Assembly (NCBI GenBank): GCA_039630085.1
Contig: JBCNVM010000009.1
Coordinates: 1-57,620, forward strand
Direction: 5' to 3'
DNA length: 57,620 nt
Origin: Candidatus Caldarchaeales archaeon
Lineage (GTDB): Archaea; Thermoproteota; Nitrososphaeria_A; Caldarchaeales; Calditenuaceae
This document shows, piece after piece, positions 37,003-47,549 of the stretch. The notes under the pieces were generated by a model. It was not told the DNA's origin. It did not search any database and worked only from the letters and a program-made list of their open reading frames with translations. A program made the translations under genes and the position numbers. Position 1 is the first letter of the stretch. Every line of letters begins with the position of its first letter.

Positions 37003-37734
37003 CTACTTCGACTGAAGGGCCTCCCTGACCAGCCTGTTAACCTCCTCGACCGGGACGGGCGTGTAGGTCCTCGTGTCCGCGGGTATCATGACCATCCTCG
37101 CCATCCAGTTCTCCTCGATCTTGTCGACCGACCTCACGAGCGACGAGATCGCGAGGGCCTTCGCCTTCTCGAGCGGCATCGCCGGGTCGTAGGACGCCTC
37201 GAGGGTCTCCTTTATCTTCTCAGCCCCCCTCCCGATGCTCCAGGCGTTGTACTCCATCACGACCCCGCTGGGCTCGGTGTAGAAGAGCCTCGATCCGTCG
37301 ACCGAGACGCCGCCGATCAGGAGCGCCACGCCGAACGGCCTCACGCCGCCGTGCTGGGTGTAGAGCTGCATCAGGTCTCCCACCCTCTTAGCGACGCTCT
37401 CCACGGACGGCGGCTCGTCGAACGTGAGCCTGTAGCTCTGAGCGAAGACCCTGGCGCTATCGACGAGGACCCTGGCGTCGGAGATCAGGCCGGAGGCCGC
37501 GGCTCCCACGTGGACGTCGACTTGAAAGAGCTTCTGGGAGTAGGTCGGAGACTGGAGCTTGCTGTGGGCCCTCTCCTCGACGGCGAGGACCACGCCCTCC
37601 TCCACCCTGATCCCCACCGAGCTCGACCCCGACTTGACCGTCTCGAGGGCGTACTCGACCTGGTAGAGCCTCCCCTGCGGTGAGAAGACCGTTATCGCCC
37701 TGTCGTACGCGCCTGCCATGCCGAGAGCTGCCAT
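37003..37734 (-). CDS. psmA: 20S proteasome alpha subunit
   Basis: [39 protein letters not shown]. Confidence 0.96.
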   Translation of the reverse strand: MAALGMAGAYDRAITVFSPQGRLYQVEYALETVKSGSSSVGIRVEEGVVLAVEERAHSKLQSPTYSQKLFQVDVHVGAAASGLISDARVLVDSARVFAQSYRLTFDEPPSVESVAKRVGDLMQLYTQHGGVRPFGVALLIGGVSVDGSRLFYTEPSGVVMEYNAWSIGRGAEKIKETLEASYDPAMPLEKAKALAISSLVRSVDKIEENWMARMVMIPADTRTYTPVPVEEVNRLVREALQSK

Positions 37735-37859
37735 CTCCCCTCACCCCGACACCCGGTCCTATAATAGTTGTCGCCTCGAGATCGAAGCGGCCGTGCGTTC
37801 CTCTCCCGCGCCCGCGGGCCGTCGAAACGTTTTTAGAGGGATCTCCGGTTCAGCAAGGG

Positions 37860-38843
37860 ATGCGGGCTAGGGTCCACTACGATCAGGAGGTCTCCCTCGA
37901 CCCCATCAGGGAAAAGACAGTCGCCGTGATCGGCTACGGGAGCCAGGGCAGGGCGCAGGCGCTCAACCTCCGGGACTCCGGGGTCAGGGTCGTGGTCGGC
38001 CTAAGGGGGGAGGGTCGAAGCTACGCGCAGGCGAGGACCGACGGCTTCGAGCCGGTCCCGATCGAGGAAGCCGCGAGGGCCGGCGATGTGATACTGATGC
38101 TGGTCCCGGACGTCCCGATGGCCGAGGTCTACCGGAGACACGTGGAGCCGCACCTCCGCCGAGGGAAGACGCTGGTCTTCGCGCACGGCTACAACGTCCA
38201 CTTCGGGAGGATCAGGACGCCGCCCGACGTCAACGTGGTCCTCGTCGCTCCGAAGTCGCCCGGAGCCCTCCTCCGCCAGAAGTTCGTCGAGGGGAAGGGC
38301 GTGCCCGCGCTGGTCGCGGTTCACAACAACGCCACCGGTGACGCTAGGGCGATCGCCCTCGCGATCGCGAAGGCGATAGGTTGCACGAGGGCGGGCGTCA
38401 TAGAGACGACGTTCGCGGAGGAGACGGAGACCGACCTCTTCGGGGAGCAGACGGTCCTCGTCGGCGGCGTGATGGAGCTGATCAAGAAGGGCTTCGAGGT
38501 CCTCGTCGAGAACGGGTACCAGCCAGAGCTGGCCTACTTCGAGGTCTGCAACGAGCTGAAGCTGATCGTCGACCTGATCTACTCGGGCGGGCTTACAGGG
38601 ATGCTCAGGGGGGTGTCTGACACCGCGAAGTTCGGGGGCCTCACAGTCGGGCCCAAGGTGATCGACGAGGGGGTCAAGCAGAGGATGAGGGAGGCCCTGA
38701 GGGCGATCAGGAGCGGCGAGTTCGAGAGGACCTGGACCGGGAACCCCAGGGCCTACGAGGAGTTGGGCAGGCTGATGTCGGAGGTCGAGGCCCACCCGAT
38801 CGAGGCCGTCGGGAGGTCCCTCAGGGAGAGGGGGCTGCTGTGA
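37860..38843 (+). CDS. ilvC: ketol-acid reductoisomerase
   Basis: [41 protein letters not shown]; start moved to ATG 37860. Confidence 0.96.
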   Translation: MRARVHYDQEVSLDPIREKTVAVIGYGSQGRAQALNLRDSGVRVVVGLRGEGRSYAQARTDGFEPVPIEEAARAGDVILMLVPDVPMAEVYRRHVEPHLRRGKTLVFAHGYNVHFGRIRTPPDVNVVLVAPKSPGALLRQKFVEGKGVPALVAVHNNATGDARAIALAIAKAIGCTRAGVIETTFAEETETDLFGEQTVLVGGVMELIKKGFEVLVENGYQPELAYFEVCNELKLIVDLIYSGGLTGMLRGVSDTAKFGGLTVGPKVIDEGVKQRMREALRAIRSGEFERTWTGNPRAYEELGRLMSEVEAHPIEAVGRSLRERGLL

Positions 38844-38846
38844 GGC

Positions 38847-39050
38847 TCAGGTGAGGACCGCGGTCACCTTCCCGAGGACCTTCGCCTTCCCGCCCCTCGG
38901 GACCGCGAGCACCTCCCTGCAGACCGTGCACCTCACGACCGTCTTCGCGCTATCGAAGACCACCTGCCTGTTGCCGCAGCTCATGCACGAGACCAGCAGG
39001 AACCTCGACGGGGGCTGAGGTATCATCCTCTCTAAGTCGGCCCGCGCCAT
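38847..39050 (-). CDS. rps27e: 30S ribosomal protein S27e (eS27)
   Basis: PPSRFLLVSCMSC..VF..VRCTVC..P.GGKA. Confidence 0.95.
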   Translation of the reverse strand: MARADLERMIPQPPSRFLLVSCMSCGNRQVVFDSAKTVVRCTVCREVLAVPRGGKAKVLGKVTAVLT

Positions 39051-39057
39051 AGCCGCC

Positions 39058-39336
39058 TCACCTGACGATCTCTAGCTTCCTCAGCCTGACCCCTTCCCTC
39101 AGCAGCTTCCTCCCGCACTTGTTGCAGGTCAGAAGGAGCGTCTTCTTGTCGGTGGTCTTGGCCTTGTTCCTCTGTATCGGGTACTTCTGGCCCCCGTACC
39201 CGTGGAGCTCCCTCTCGTGACGCCTCGCGCCTATCGCCAGCGACCTCTCCTTCCCCTTCTTGTACAGTGAGACCTTGTGCTCGGTGTGGGCGTTGCACTT
39301 CGGGCAGTAAGTGTTGATCACCTCGGGGACCTTCAC
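39058..39336 (-). CDS. rpl44e: 50S ribosomal protein L44e (eL42)
   Basis: TYCPKCNAHTEHKV, GYGGQ, KAKTT.K..L.CNKC. Confidence 0.96.
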   Translation of the reverse strand: MKVPEVINTYCPKCNAHTEHKVSLYKKGKERSLAIGARRHERELHGYGGQKYPIQRNKAKTTDKKTLLLTCNKCGRKLLREGVRLRKLEIVR

Positions 39337-39443
39337 GCCGCTCGGGGACTCGCGGCCAATTTTAAGTTTGACCGGAGGCGCGGGCTTCCGAACCTGACCG
39401 CCGGGGATCTCTTAATTACGGGGGCGGAGCTCCAGTTGGCGGC

Positions 39444-41648
39444 ATGTCCCACAAGCGTGGCGTCCAGCTGCGCGTGGCCGAGGCGCGCCAGAGGGACATC
39501 GGGATGAGGATCGCGAGGATCGACAACTCGGTCCTCAGGGAGCTTAACCTCTCCCCCGGCGAGTTGATCGAGGTGACCGGGAAGAAGTCGACGGTCGCGA
39601 GGGCATGGCCCGCCTACAGGGAGGACGAGGGCCAGAGGCTGATCAGGATCGACAGCGAGATAAGGAGGAACGCGGGCGTCAACGTCGGGGATTACGTCAC
39701 CGTCGCTAAGGCCGAATCCGTCAGGGGGACGAAGGTGGTCCTCGCGCCCTACGAGCAGCTCCCCTTCATCGGCGACATCTCGAGGGTCGTCAAGCAGCAG
39801 CTGATGAACCTCCCTGTGGCGAAGGGGGACACGGTGGTCATCCCGATACTGGGAATGGGGCTGGAGCTGAAGGTCGTCCACACGGTCCCGAAGAACTTCG
39901 TCTTCGTCACCGAGGACACCGTGATTGAGGTCTCCACGTCGCCGGTCGCCAGGACCGAAGAGGTCGGCGGGGTCACGTACGAGGACATCGGAGGCCTCGC
40001 GAACGAGCTCCAGCGGATCAGGGAGATGGTCGAGCTGCCCCTGAAGCACCCCGAGCTCTTCAGGCACCTCGGCATCGAGCCTCCGAAGGGAGTCATCCTC
40101 TACGGCCCGCCGGGCACGGGGAAGACCCTGATAGCGAAGGCCCTCGCGAACGAGACCGGGGCCAGGTTCCTCAGCATCAACGGCCCCGAGATAATGAGCA
40201 AGTTCTACGGGGAGAGCGAAGCGAGGCTCAGGGAGATCTTCGCTGAGGCCGAGAAGAGCGCCCCCAGCATCATCTTCATCGACGAACTGGACGCGATCGC
40301 CCCGAAGAGAAGCGAGGTCACGGGCGAGGTGGAGAGGAGGGTGGTCTCGCAGCTCCTCGCGCTGATGGACGGCCTGAAGTCCCGGGGCCAGGTGGTGGTG
40401 ATCGGAGCGACGAACAGGATCGACGCGATTGACCCGGCGCTCCGGAGGCCCGGAAGGTTCGACAGGGAGATCAGGATCGGCGTCCCCGACAGGAACGGGA
40501 GGAAGGAGATCATCCAGATCCACACGAGGAGGATGCCGCTGGCCGAGGACGTCAACGTCGACGAGCTGGCCGACATCACCCACGGCTTCACCGGCGCAGA
40601 CATAGCCGCGCTCTGCAGGGAGGCGGCGATGAACGCGCTGAGGAGGTTCCTGCCGAAGATCGACCTCGAGAGGGAGGTGATACCAGCTGAGGTCCTGGAG
40701 CAGCTCAAGGTGACGAGGGAGGACTTCATGCAGGCGCTGAAGGTCGTCCAGCCCTCCGCGCTGAGGGAGGTGGTCCTCGAGATACCTAACGTGACCTGGG
40801 ACATGGTGGGGGACCTCGACGAGGTGAAGCAGGAGCTGAGGGAGGCCGTCGAGTGGCCGCTCAGGTACCCGGAGCTCTTCAAGAGGCTCGGGATCAGGCC
40901 GACGAAGGGGATCCTGCTCTACGGTCCCCCGGGGACCGGCAAGACCCTCTTGGCGAAGGCGGTCGCGACCGAGTCCGAGGCGAACTTCATCAGCGTGAAG
41001 GGCCCCGAGGTCCTCTCGAAGTGGGTCGGCGAATCGGAGAAGGCGATCAGGGAGATCTTCAGGAAGGCGAGGGAGACCGCGCCGTGCATCGTCTTCTTCG
41101 ACGAGCTCGACTCGATCGCGGCGAGGAGGGGGGCGCATTACGACGCGGGCGTCACCGACAGGATCGTGAACCAGATGTTGACCGAGATGGACGGCATTCA
41201 GGCCCTTACAGGGGTCGTCGTGATAGGCGCGACGAATAGGCCCGATCTGCTGGACCCGGCCCTCCTCAGGCCCGGGAGGTTCGACAGGGTGATCAAGGTC
41301 CCGATACCGGACTACAGGGCGAGGCTCGAGATCCTGAGGGTCCACACGAGGGAGATGCCGCTGGATGAGGACGTCAACCTCGAGAGGCTCGCGAGGCTCA
41401 CCGAGGGCTATACCGGAGCCGACATCGAGGCGCTCTGCAGGGAGGCGGCCCTGAACGCGGCGAGGGAGCACGCGTCGCTGGTGGCCGCGTCGAAGCAGAG
41501 GAAGGAGGAGCTCGAGAAGCTTAGGGTCTCCTGGAGGCACTTCGAGACGGCCTTCGGGAAGGTCAAGCCCAGCATCAGCGAGGAGCTGAGGACCGCCTAC
41601 GAGAGGATCGAGGAGCGGATGAAGACCCAGATGGCGTACATATCCTGA
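39444..41648 (+). CDS. cdc48: CDC48/VAT family AAA ATPase
   Basis: N-domain plus two AAA modules (GPPGTGKT x2, [22 protein letters not shown]); no intein. Confidence 0.96.
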   Translation: MSHKRGVQLRVAEARQRDIGMRIARIDNSVLRELNLSPGELIEVTGKKSTVARAWPAYREDEGQRLIRIDSEIRRNAGVNVGDYVTVAKAESVRGTKVVLAPYEQLPFIGDISRVVKQQLMNLPVAKGDTVVIPILGMGLELKVVHTVPKNFVFVTEDTVIEVSTSPVARTEEVGGVTYEDIGGLANELQRIREMVELPLKHPELFRHLGIEPPKGVILYGPPGTGKTLIAKALANETGARFLSINGPEIMSKFYGESEARLREIFAEAEKSAPSIIFIDELDAIAPKRSEVTGEVERRVVSQLLALMDGLKSRGQVVVIGATNRIDAIDPALRRPGRFDREIRIGVPDRNGRKEIIQIHTRRMPLAEDVNVDELADITHGFTGADIAALCREAAMNALRRFLPKIDLEREVIPAEVLEQLKVTREDFMQALKVVQPSALREVVLEIPNVTWDMVGDLDEVKQELREAVEWPLRYPELFKRLGIRPTKGILLYGPPGTGKTLLAKAVATESEANFISVKGPEVLSKWVGESEKAIREIFRKARETAPCIVFFDELDSIAARRGAHYDAGVTDRIVNQMLTEMDGIQALTGVVVIGATNRPDLLDPALLRPGRFDRVIKVPIPDYRARLEILRVHTREMPLDEDVNLERLARLTEGYTGADIEALCREAALNAAREHASLVAASKQRKEELEKLRVSWRHFETAFGKVKPSISEELRTAYERIEERMKTQMAYIS

Positions 41649-41719
41649 ATCCGAACTCCGCCGACGACTCGGGAGTCCGGGCCTACGTTAATATCCCCCG
41701 CATCCCGTTCGGGTTTGGA

Positions 41720-43216
41720 ATGAGCGCTTCGGTCCCGCTGCAGAAGGTAGCCCCGAACGTCTGGCTGATCCCGAAGGCCTACAGGCACGACATGAAGGTG
41801 CCGGTCTACGTCTACGCCTCCGAGAAGCTCCTCGAGAAGATGAGGACCGACAGGACCCTGATGCAGGGCGTCAACGTCGCGACCCTGCCGGGCGTTCAGA
41901 AGCACGTCGCGGTCCTCCCCGACGCCCACGAGGGCTACGGCTTCCCGATCGGCGGAGTGGCAGCGATGGACGCTACCGAGGGCGTGATCTCGCCCGGAGG
42001 GGTAGGGTACGACATCAACTGCGGGGTAAGGCTGATGGTCACCAACCTCACGGAGAAGGAGGTAAGGCCGAGGATCGTAGAGCTGGTGAACGTGATCTTC
42101 AGGAACGTTCCCGCGGGCCTCGGGTCGAGGAGGAGGGACTTCGTCGTCTCGATGTCGGACTTGGACAGGGTCGCAGTCGAAGGCGCCCGCTACATCATCG
42201 AGAAGTACGGGCTCGGTTGGCACGAGGACTACAAGCACATCGAGGAGGAGGGCAGGTACCCGAGGTACAAGACCGGGGACATACCTGATCCCGACCCGAG
42301 CGTGGTCTCCAACGAGGCCAAGCACAGGGGGCTCGACCAGATCGGGACCCTCGGGAGCGGGAACCACTTCCTCGAGATCCAGAGGGTCGAGAGGATCTTC
42401 GACCCGGTCGCGGCGAGGAGGATGGGCATCCATGAGGAGGGCCAGATTACGATCCTGATCCACTGCGGGAGCAGGGGCTACGGCCACCAGATCTGCAGCG
42501 ACTACCTCAGGGTGATGGAGAGGGCGGTGATGAAGTACAACATCAGACTCCCGGACAGGGAGCTGGCCTGCACCCCTGCCAGCAGCCCCGAGGCCACGAT
42601 GTACCTCAAGGCGTTCGGGTGCGCGGTCAACTTCGCCTTCGCGAACAGGCAGGCGATAAGCCACTGGGTCCGGCAGAGCTTCGAGCAGGTCTTCAGGAGG
42701 CCCGCGGAGGAGATGGGCCTGAAGATAGTCTACGACGTCTGCCACAACATAGTCAAACTCGAGAGGCACAAGGTCGACGGCGAGACAAGGGACGTCTTCG
42801 TCCACAGGAAGGGCGCGACGAGGAGCTACCCGGGCAACGCGCCGCCCTACTCGGACCACATCCCGGAGACGTACAGGGACCTCGGCCAGCCGGTCTTCGT
42901 ACCGGGCAGCATGGGGACCGCGAGCTGGGTCCTCCTCGGCCAGAGGAACTCACTCGAGATCACGTTCGGGAGCAGCGTTCACGGCGCGGGGAGGCAGATG
43001 AGCAGGGCCGGCGCGAAGAGGGCGTACAGGGACGACCAGGTCGTGAGGGCCCTCGAGAGCAGGGGCATCTACGTGAAGGGCGACACGATGGACACGATCG
43101 TCGAGGAGGTCCCCGAGGCCTACAAGGACCCTGACGACGTCGTCGAGGTCGCGCACAGCGTCGGCATGAGCACGAAGGTCGCGAGGCTGGTCCCGATCGG
43201 CGTAGTGAAGGGATGA
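41720..43216 (+). CDS. rtcB: tRNA-splicing ligase RtcB
   Basis: PDAHEGYGFPIG, DINCG, GNHFLE, HCGSRG, HN, HRKGAT, PGSMG, HGAGR; no intein. Confidence 0.96.
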   Translation: MSASVPLQKVAPNVWLIPKAYRHDMKVPVYVYASEKLLEKMRTDRTLMQGVNVATLPGVQKHVAVLPDAHEGYGFPIGGVAAMDATEGVISPGGVGYDINCGVRLMVTNLTEKEVRPRIVELVNVIFRNVPAGLGSRRRDFVVSMSDLDRVAVEGARYIIEKYGLGWHEDYKHIEEEGRYPRYKTGDIPDPDPSVVSNEAKHRGLDQIGTLGSGNHFLEIQRVERIFDPVAARRMGIHEEGQITILIHCGSRGYGHQICSDYLRVMERAVMKYNIRLPDRELACTPASSPEATMYLKAFGCAVNFAFANRQAISHWVRQSFEQVFRRPAEEMGLKIVYDVCHNIVKLERHKVDGETRDVFVHRKGATRSYPGNAPPYSDHIPETYRDLGQPVFVPGSMGTASWVLLGQRNSLEITFGSSVHGAGRQMSRAGAKRAYRDDQVVRALESRGIYVKGDTMDTIVEEVPEAYKDPDDVVEVAHSVGMSTKVARLVPIGVVKG

Positions 43217-43217
43217 G

Positions 43218-43949
43218 TTGTCGAGGGTCTCCAGGAGGAAGGCCCTAGCCGCGACCGTCCTCGGTTCCTTTGCCACCGTCGGGTCGCTCGCGCTCGCCTC
43301 CGTCGACTACGAGCTGGAGGTCACGAGGCTTGATGTGGGACTCGGGGGCAGGCTAGCGTTCCTCCCCGACGTCCACTACCACTCCCGCGGTGAGGCCCAC
43401 GTCGAGAGCGCCCTGAGGGCCCTCGAGGGCCTTGACCCGGACGCGGTGGTGATCGCGGGCGACTTGGTCGACGAGGAGACCAAGGACATGGAGGGCCTCG
43501 ACTCGGTCCTCGGGAGGATGGAGGCCCGGGTGAAGCTGGCGGTCCTAGGGAACCACGAGTACTGGAGCGGCCGGGCATCGGCGACGGTGAGGGCCCTCAG
43601 GAGGTGGAGGTTCGAGGTCCTGACGGACAGGTTCGCGGAGACGCCCCTCGGAAAGGTCTTCGGCTACGACTGGAGGGAGGACAGGCGGTACGCCCGGGTG
43701 TCCACTGACGGCCTAGTCCTCGCCCACGACCCGAACGCGGCGGACAGCGTGGCCGGCGGAGCGCTGGTGCTCGCGGGACACACCCACGGAGGCCTCGTGA
43801 TCGGGGGTCTGACCGTGCTCACCAACTCGAGGTACAACAGAGGGCTCTACGAGCTGAGGGGCGCGAGGCTCTACGTCTCGAGGGGGATCGGCCAGATGCT
43901 CCACCAGGTCAGGGTCAACTCCAGACCCGAGCTCCTCATCGTTGATTAG
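43218..43949 (+). CDS. calcineurin-like metallophosphoesterase (YkuE/YaeI type) with Tat-like/TM N-terminus
   Basis: DVH, GDLVD, GNHE, AHDP, GHTHGG, SRGIG; N-terminal SRRKAL plus hydrophobic stretch. Confidence 0.9.
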   Translation: MSRVSRRKALAATVLGSFATVGSLALASVDYELEVTRLDVGLGGRLAFLPDVHYHSRGEAHVESALRALEGLDPDAVVIAGDLVDEETKDMEGLDSVLGRMEARVKLAVLGNHEYWSGRASATVRALRRWRFEVLTDRFAETPLGKVFGYDWREDRRYARVSTDGLVLAHDPNAADSVAGGALVLAGHTHGGLVIGGLTVLTNSRYNRGLYELRGARLYVSRGIGQMLHQVRVNSRPELLIVD

Positions 43950-43972
43950 CGACGAGTCCCGACGATGACGGG

Positions 43973-44422
43973 ATGGACAGGACGGTCCTGTCGACCCCTC
44001 CGAGGGTCAAGGTCCTCGAGGCGCTGGGAGCGGTCGCGGGCGGAAGGGTTACCGACGTCACCGAGACGGGGTGCAGGGTCGCCGCGTCCGAGGGAGACAG
44101 GGTCTACACGGTGAGGGTCGACCTGAGGACGGGCGAGGCGAGCTCCGACGACAACGGGACCGTCTTCAGGGACTACGTGGGGTATCCGATAATCGCGTAC
44201 CTCATGGTCCGGGGCGTCCTACCCTACGACCAGAGGATCGCTGAGCCCCTGAAGGACGTGAGGTGGAGGACCTTGAACGCCCGACTGAAGAGCTACAGGC
44301 TCGTCGAGAGGGAGATCGCCGCGCTTCTGAGGGGTCGCGGTATCGAGTGGTTCGAGGTCTCCGCGTTCATGGACGAGGTCCTGAGGAGGCTCGGGGGGCT
44401 GCAGCTCTGGAAGCGGTCCTGA
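43973..44422 (+). CDS. conserved hypothetical protein
   Basis: PPRVKVLEALGA..GRV, SSDDNG...YVGYP motifs; typical codon usage. Confidence 0.72.
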   Translation: MDRTVLSTPPRVKVLEALGAVAGGRVTDVTETGCRVAASEGDRVYTVRVDLRTGEASSDDNGTVFRDYVGYPIIAYLMVRGVLPYDQRIAEPLKDVRWRTLNARLKSYRLVEREIAALLRGRGIEWFEVSAFMDEVLRRLGGLQLWKRS

Positions 44423-47400
44423 TCACCCGGCGTCCTTCCCCTGGTCCACCACTAGGCTCAGCAGGTAGAGCGCGTTAAGCTCCTGCTTCGCGAGGGCCTC
44501 TAGGGACGGCGCGACCGCGTTCACCGCCCTCTCCCTCCATCCCCTCCGAGAGGTCTGGACCCTGATCCCTCTCAGCAGGACGTCTACGGGCGTGACGGCC
44601 CGTTCACCGGACTGCACCCCGAAGGACTCTACGACGTCCCTGAAGGTGTGCTCGGGCCCGAGGAGCCTCGAGGCGTGGGGCAAGAGGTCTCTCAGGAGGT
44701 TCTCGCCTTGGAGGCCCACGAGCTTCACCCTGAGCGATTTCATCCTGAGCCTGGTGAGGATTGAGTCCAGGGATTCGACATCGTAGGTGTAGATCATGAA
44801 CCCCTGGTCGACGAGCTTCGAGAGGTAAGCGGAGGACTCGTGGTAAGCCTCGTCGGGGCCCTCGGGCGTGAAGACGCCGACCGGGGCCCTCAGCGACTCC
44901 CCGTCGAAGACCGCGACCGCGTAGAGCTCGTAATGCTGCTCGGAGGACCCGGTCGCGACCGAGTGCTCGCCGAACGGCAGGGTGTAGACCGTCAGCACGG
45001 CCCTCTTCAGGGCCCTCGACGGCCTGGGGAGGACCAGCTCCTTCCCCCTGAACTCGACCCTGATCCTCTCCCGTGCGATGAACCGGTCGATGATCGAGAG
45101 CGCGTAGTGCCTGGCCGCCTCCCAGTCCATCCCCTTCGAGACCAGCGCCGAGTAGGCGAGCTCGTTCACGCCCTCGAGGAGGGCCTCGTCCAGCTCGTCG
45201 GGCCTGTAGGTCTCGACCACCTCCCTGAGCCTAGTCCAGTCCATCCTCTCCAGCAGCCCCGCAGAGTCGGGCTCGTGAACCGTCAGGAACTTCCTCTCGC
45301 TCATCACGACGACGTCGTAGGCTATCGTCCAGAACGGGATCGAGAGGGCCCTCCGCATCACCAGCTCGATGAAGGCGGCCCCGAGCCTCGCGAGGTCCGG
45401 CTCCGTCCTCGGGTCCAGCTCGACCGTCGTTCCGTAGGAGAAGTCGGTGTAGACGCCGTCCGTTACCGCGGGCACTGCCATCCTCCTCGCCTCCCTCATG
45501 ACGATCGTCCTTCCGTCGCCTACAACAGCGACCCTCGGTCTCCTGCTCATCACCGTCCAGATCGTCCTGTTGGGGATCTTCACGTACCGCTCGAATCCGT
45601 CTGGCGGCCTCACGACGCAGATGACGTCGCTGTGGACCAGCCCGGACCTGTAGTCCCTCCTGATGTCCGGCGTGAAGCCCCACCTTCTTGAGAGGGCGTA
45701 GTATTCCTCCAGGACGTAGGACAGCGGCTCGTACCTCCTCAGCACGTGCTCCGCGATGTCCTCCACTATCACAGCGGTCACGACCCTGCCCTTCGAGTCT
45801 GGCTTGGAGAACGCTGTCACGACGCCGTCGGAGGTGTAGTCGATGCACCCGATTTGGAACTTCTCGACGAGGTCCGCGTGCGAGATCTCTTCGAGGTACC
45901 TCTCCGAGTCCCCGGACCTCCTGATCCTCTTGATGCCGTAGGGCGGCGCGAACTCGTAGAAGTTGAGGTTTTGAAGGGCCCTCTTGCCGCGGTCGTTGAG
46001 CTGGAGTCCGTCCCTCAGCCCGAGCTTGCCCAGCAGCTCCAGCTCCTCGGGAGACGCGTTCTTGACCCTGTTCGGGTTCGAGAGCCTGATCAGGCCCTTC
46101 GCGAGGGTCACGTACTTGTTCTCAGGGTGGATGACCAAGACCTCCCTCGGGAGCTCCAGCCACTTCAGGAGCGCAGAGGGCCCTCTCCTCAGCAGGTTGT
46201 AGTCCCAGCCCGAGGACGGGAAGATCACGGTCTCGGTCCTCTCGACCTCCTCCCTCCTCCCCTTCCTCCCCTCCTTCTGGAGGAACTCCCTGAGGCTGTC
46301 GGGTAGCCCGATGTGCACCGTCCTGACGATCTGCCCGATGTCTATCCCCTGTGAGAGCGTCCTCGGCGAGACCAGAATCTTCACTTCGCCCCTCCTGGCT
46401 CTCTCCTCGACCTCTGCCCGAAGCGACTTCTCGAGGAGGTGGTGGTGAGAGGCGACGGCGTCTCCTACTCTCTCCCTCAGGGCCCTCGCGATCTCCTCGG
46501 CCTTGGCGATGCTCTTGGTGAAGACCAGCGTGATCCCCTCGTCGTCCGCGTACCTCTCCAGCACCTCGACCGGGTTGAGCCCCAAGTCCTCCGGGACATC
46601 GACGCCCGCCGCCCTCGCGACCTCTATAACCTTGAAGAGCGACGACCTGAACTTCTGGAAGTCATCGAGGGCCTGAAGCACGTCGCGCCCCGCGCCTGCG
46701 GCCTCGATGCTCGGCCTCGCGGACCTCAGCCTCTCCCAGAGCTTCCTCAGGTCCTTCCCTAAGACGACGTAGGTGTGGTTCTCGGCGCTGAACGGGAGGC
46801 CGTCGATCACCTCCACGTCCTTCCCCGTGATCCGCATGACGTACTCGGCCAGCCCGGTCGGGTCCTTCAGCATTGCGGTCAGGACGACGAACCTCACCTT
46901 CGGCGAGACTTCCTCCCGAAGGATCGACATCATCGCGAGCATGATCGCGAGGCTCCTCGGGTTGTAGAAATCTAGGTCGTCGATGACGAGCAGGTCCAGG
47001 TTCTCGAGGAAGCCCCTAGTGTAGGGCGGCCTATCGGTCCCGATCCTCTTCAGCTCGTTGAGGAGGAAGGCCGGGTTCGTGATCACTACGTCGCTCCCCG
47101 AGATCTCGCGCCTGAACGCCCTCGTCCCTGAGGTCCTCGAGTACTCCTTGATCGTCGGCGCGTCGACGATCGTCGCCTTCATCCCCAGCGCCTCGCAGTA
47201 GCTCCTAAGCCTCCTGATCTGGTCGTTCGCTAGGGCGAGGGTCGGGTAGACGGCCATCGCCTTGAGCCTCTTCCTCGCGACGTAGACGAACCAGGCCTCG
47301 GTCTTCCCGGAGCCGGTCCCTGACCTGAGGATGAGGTTCTTGTCGGAGTTGAGGGCGATCAGGGCCCTCATCTGGTGGACGTAGAGCTCCTTCTCCGCGA

Positions 47401-47485
47401 TCTCCATGCCCCTCTCCGCGAGCTCCGGCAGCAGGTCCCCGAACCTGACCTTAACCCTCTTCGGCCTCGAACCCTCGCTCCTCAC
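44423..47485 (-). CDS. SF2 DEAD/DEAH-like helicase (MrfA/Hrq1/SftH-related), large C-terminal extension
   Basis: LYVHQ Q-motif, GTGSGKT, YPTLAL, TNP, DDLD, LTAM, SQGIDIG, QKEGRKGR; start may lie upstream at ACG 47542. Confidence 0.88.
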   Translation of the reverse strand: MRSEGSRPKRVKVRFGDLLPELAERGMEIAEKELYVHQMRALIALNSDKNLILRSGTGSGKTEAWFVYVARKRLKAMAVYPTLALANDQIRRLRSYCEALGMKATIVDAPTIKEYSRTSGTRAFRREISGSDVVITNPAFLLNELKRIGTDRPPYTRGFLENLDLLVIDDLDFYNPRSLAIMLAMMSILREEVSPKVRFVVLTAMLKDPTGLAEYVMRITGKDVEVIDGLPFSAENHTYVVLGKDLRKLWERLRSARPSIEAAGAGRDVLQALDDFQKFRSSLFKVIEVARAAGVDVPEDLGLNPVEVLERYADDEGITLVFTKSIAKAEEIARALRERVGDAVASHHHLLEKSLRAEVEERARRGEVKILVSPRTLSQGIDIGQIVRTVHIGLPDSLREFLQKEGRKGRREEVERTETVIFPSSGWDYNLLRRGPSALLKWLELPREVLVIHPENKYVTLAKGLIRLSNPNRVKNASPEELELLGKLGLRDGLQLNDRGKRALQNLNFYEFAPPYGIKRIRRSGDSERYLEEISHADLVEKFQIGCIDYTSDGVVTAFSKPDSKGRVVTAVIVEDIAEHVLRRYEPLSYVLEEYYALSRRWGFTPDIRRDYRSGLVHSDVICVVRPPDGFERYVKIPNRTIWTVMSRRPRVAVVGDGRTIVMREARRMAVPAVTDGVYTDFSYGTTVELDPRTEPDLARLGAAFIELVMRRALSIPFWTIAYDVVVMSERKFLTVHEPDSAGLLERMDWTRLREVVETYRPDELDEALLEGVNELAYSALVSKGMDWEAARHYALSIIDRFIARERIRVEFRGKELVLPRPSRALKRAVLTVYTLPFGEHSVATGSSEQHYELYAVAVFDGESLRAPVGVFTPEGPDEAYHESSAYLSKLVDQGFMIYTYDVESLDSILTRLRMKSLRVKLVGLQGENLLRDLLPHASRLLGPEHTFRDVVESFGVQSGERAVTPVDVLLRGIRVQTSRRGWRERAVNAVAPSLEALAKQELNALYLLSLVVDQGKDAG

Positions 47486-47549
47486 GACGTAGTAGTCGAT
47501 GCCCAGGGCCTCTAGGATCCCCGAAGAGTCGAGCGCCCTCGTCCCCGCG

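Noticed and set aside
39333-41540. 735-aa antisense ORF over cdc48, and similar long shadow ORFs (32142..33833, 14301..15692, 41597..42859, 4350..5576)
   Set aside because: No motifs and skewed composition. High GC3 codon bias depletes stops in alternate frames of real genes.
13456-43216. Inteins in nrdJ, radA, cdc48 or rtcB (common hosts)
   Set aside because: Proteins are normal length with contiguous motifs; no C...HN splice junction or LAGLIDADG block.
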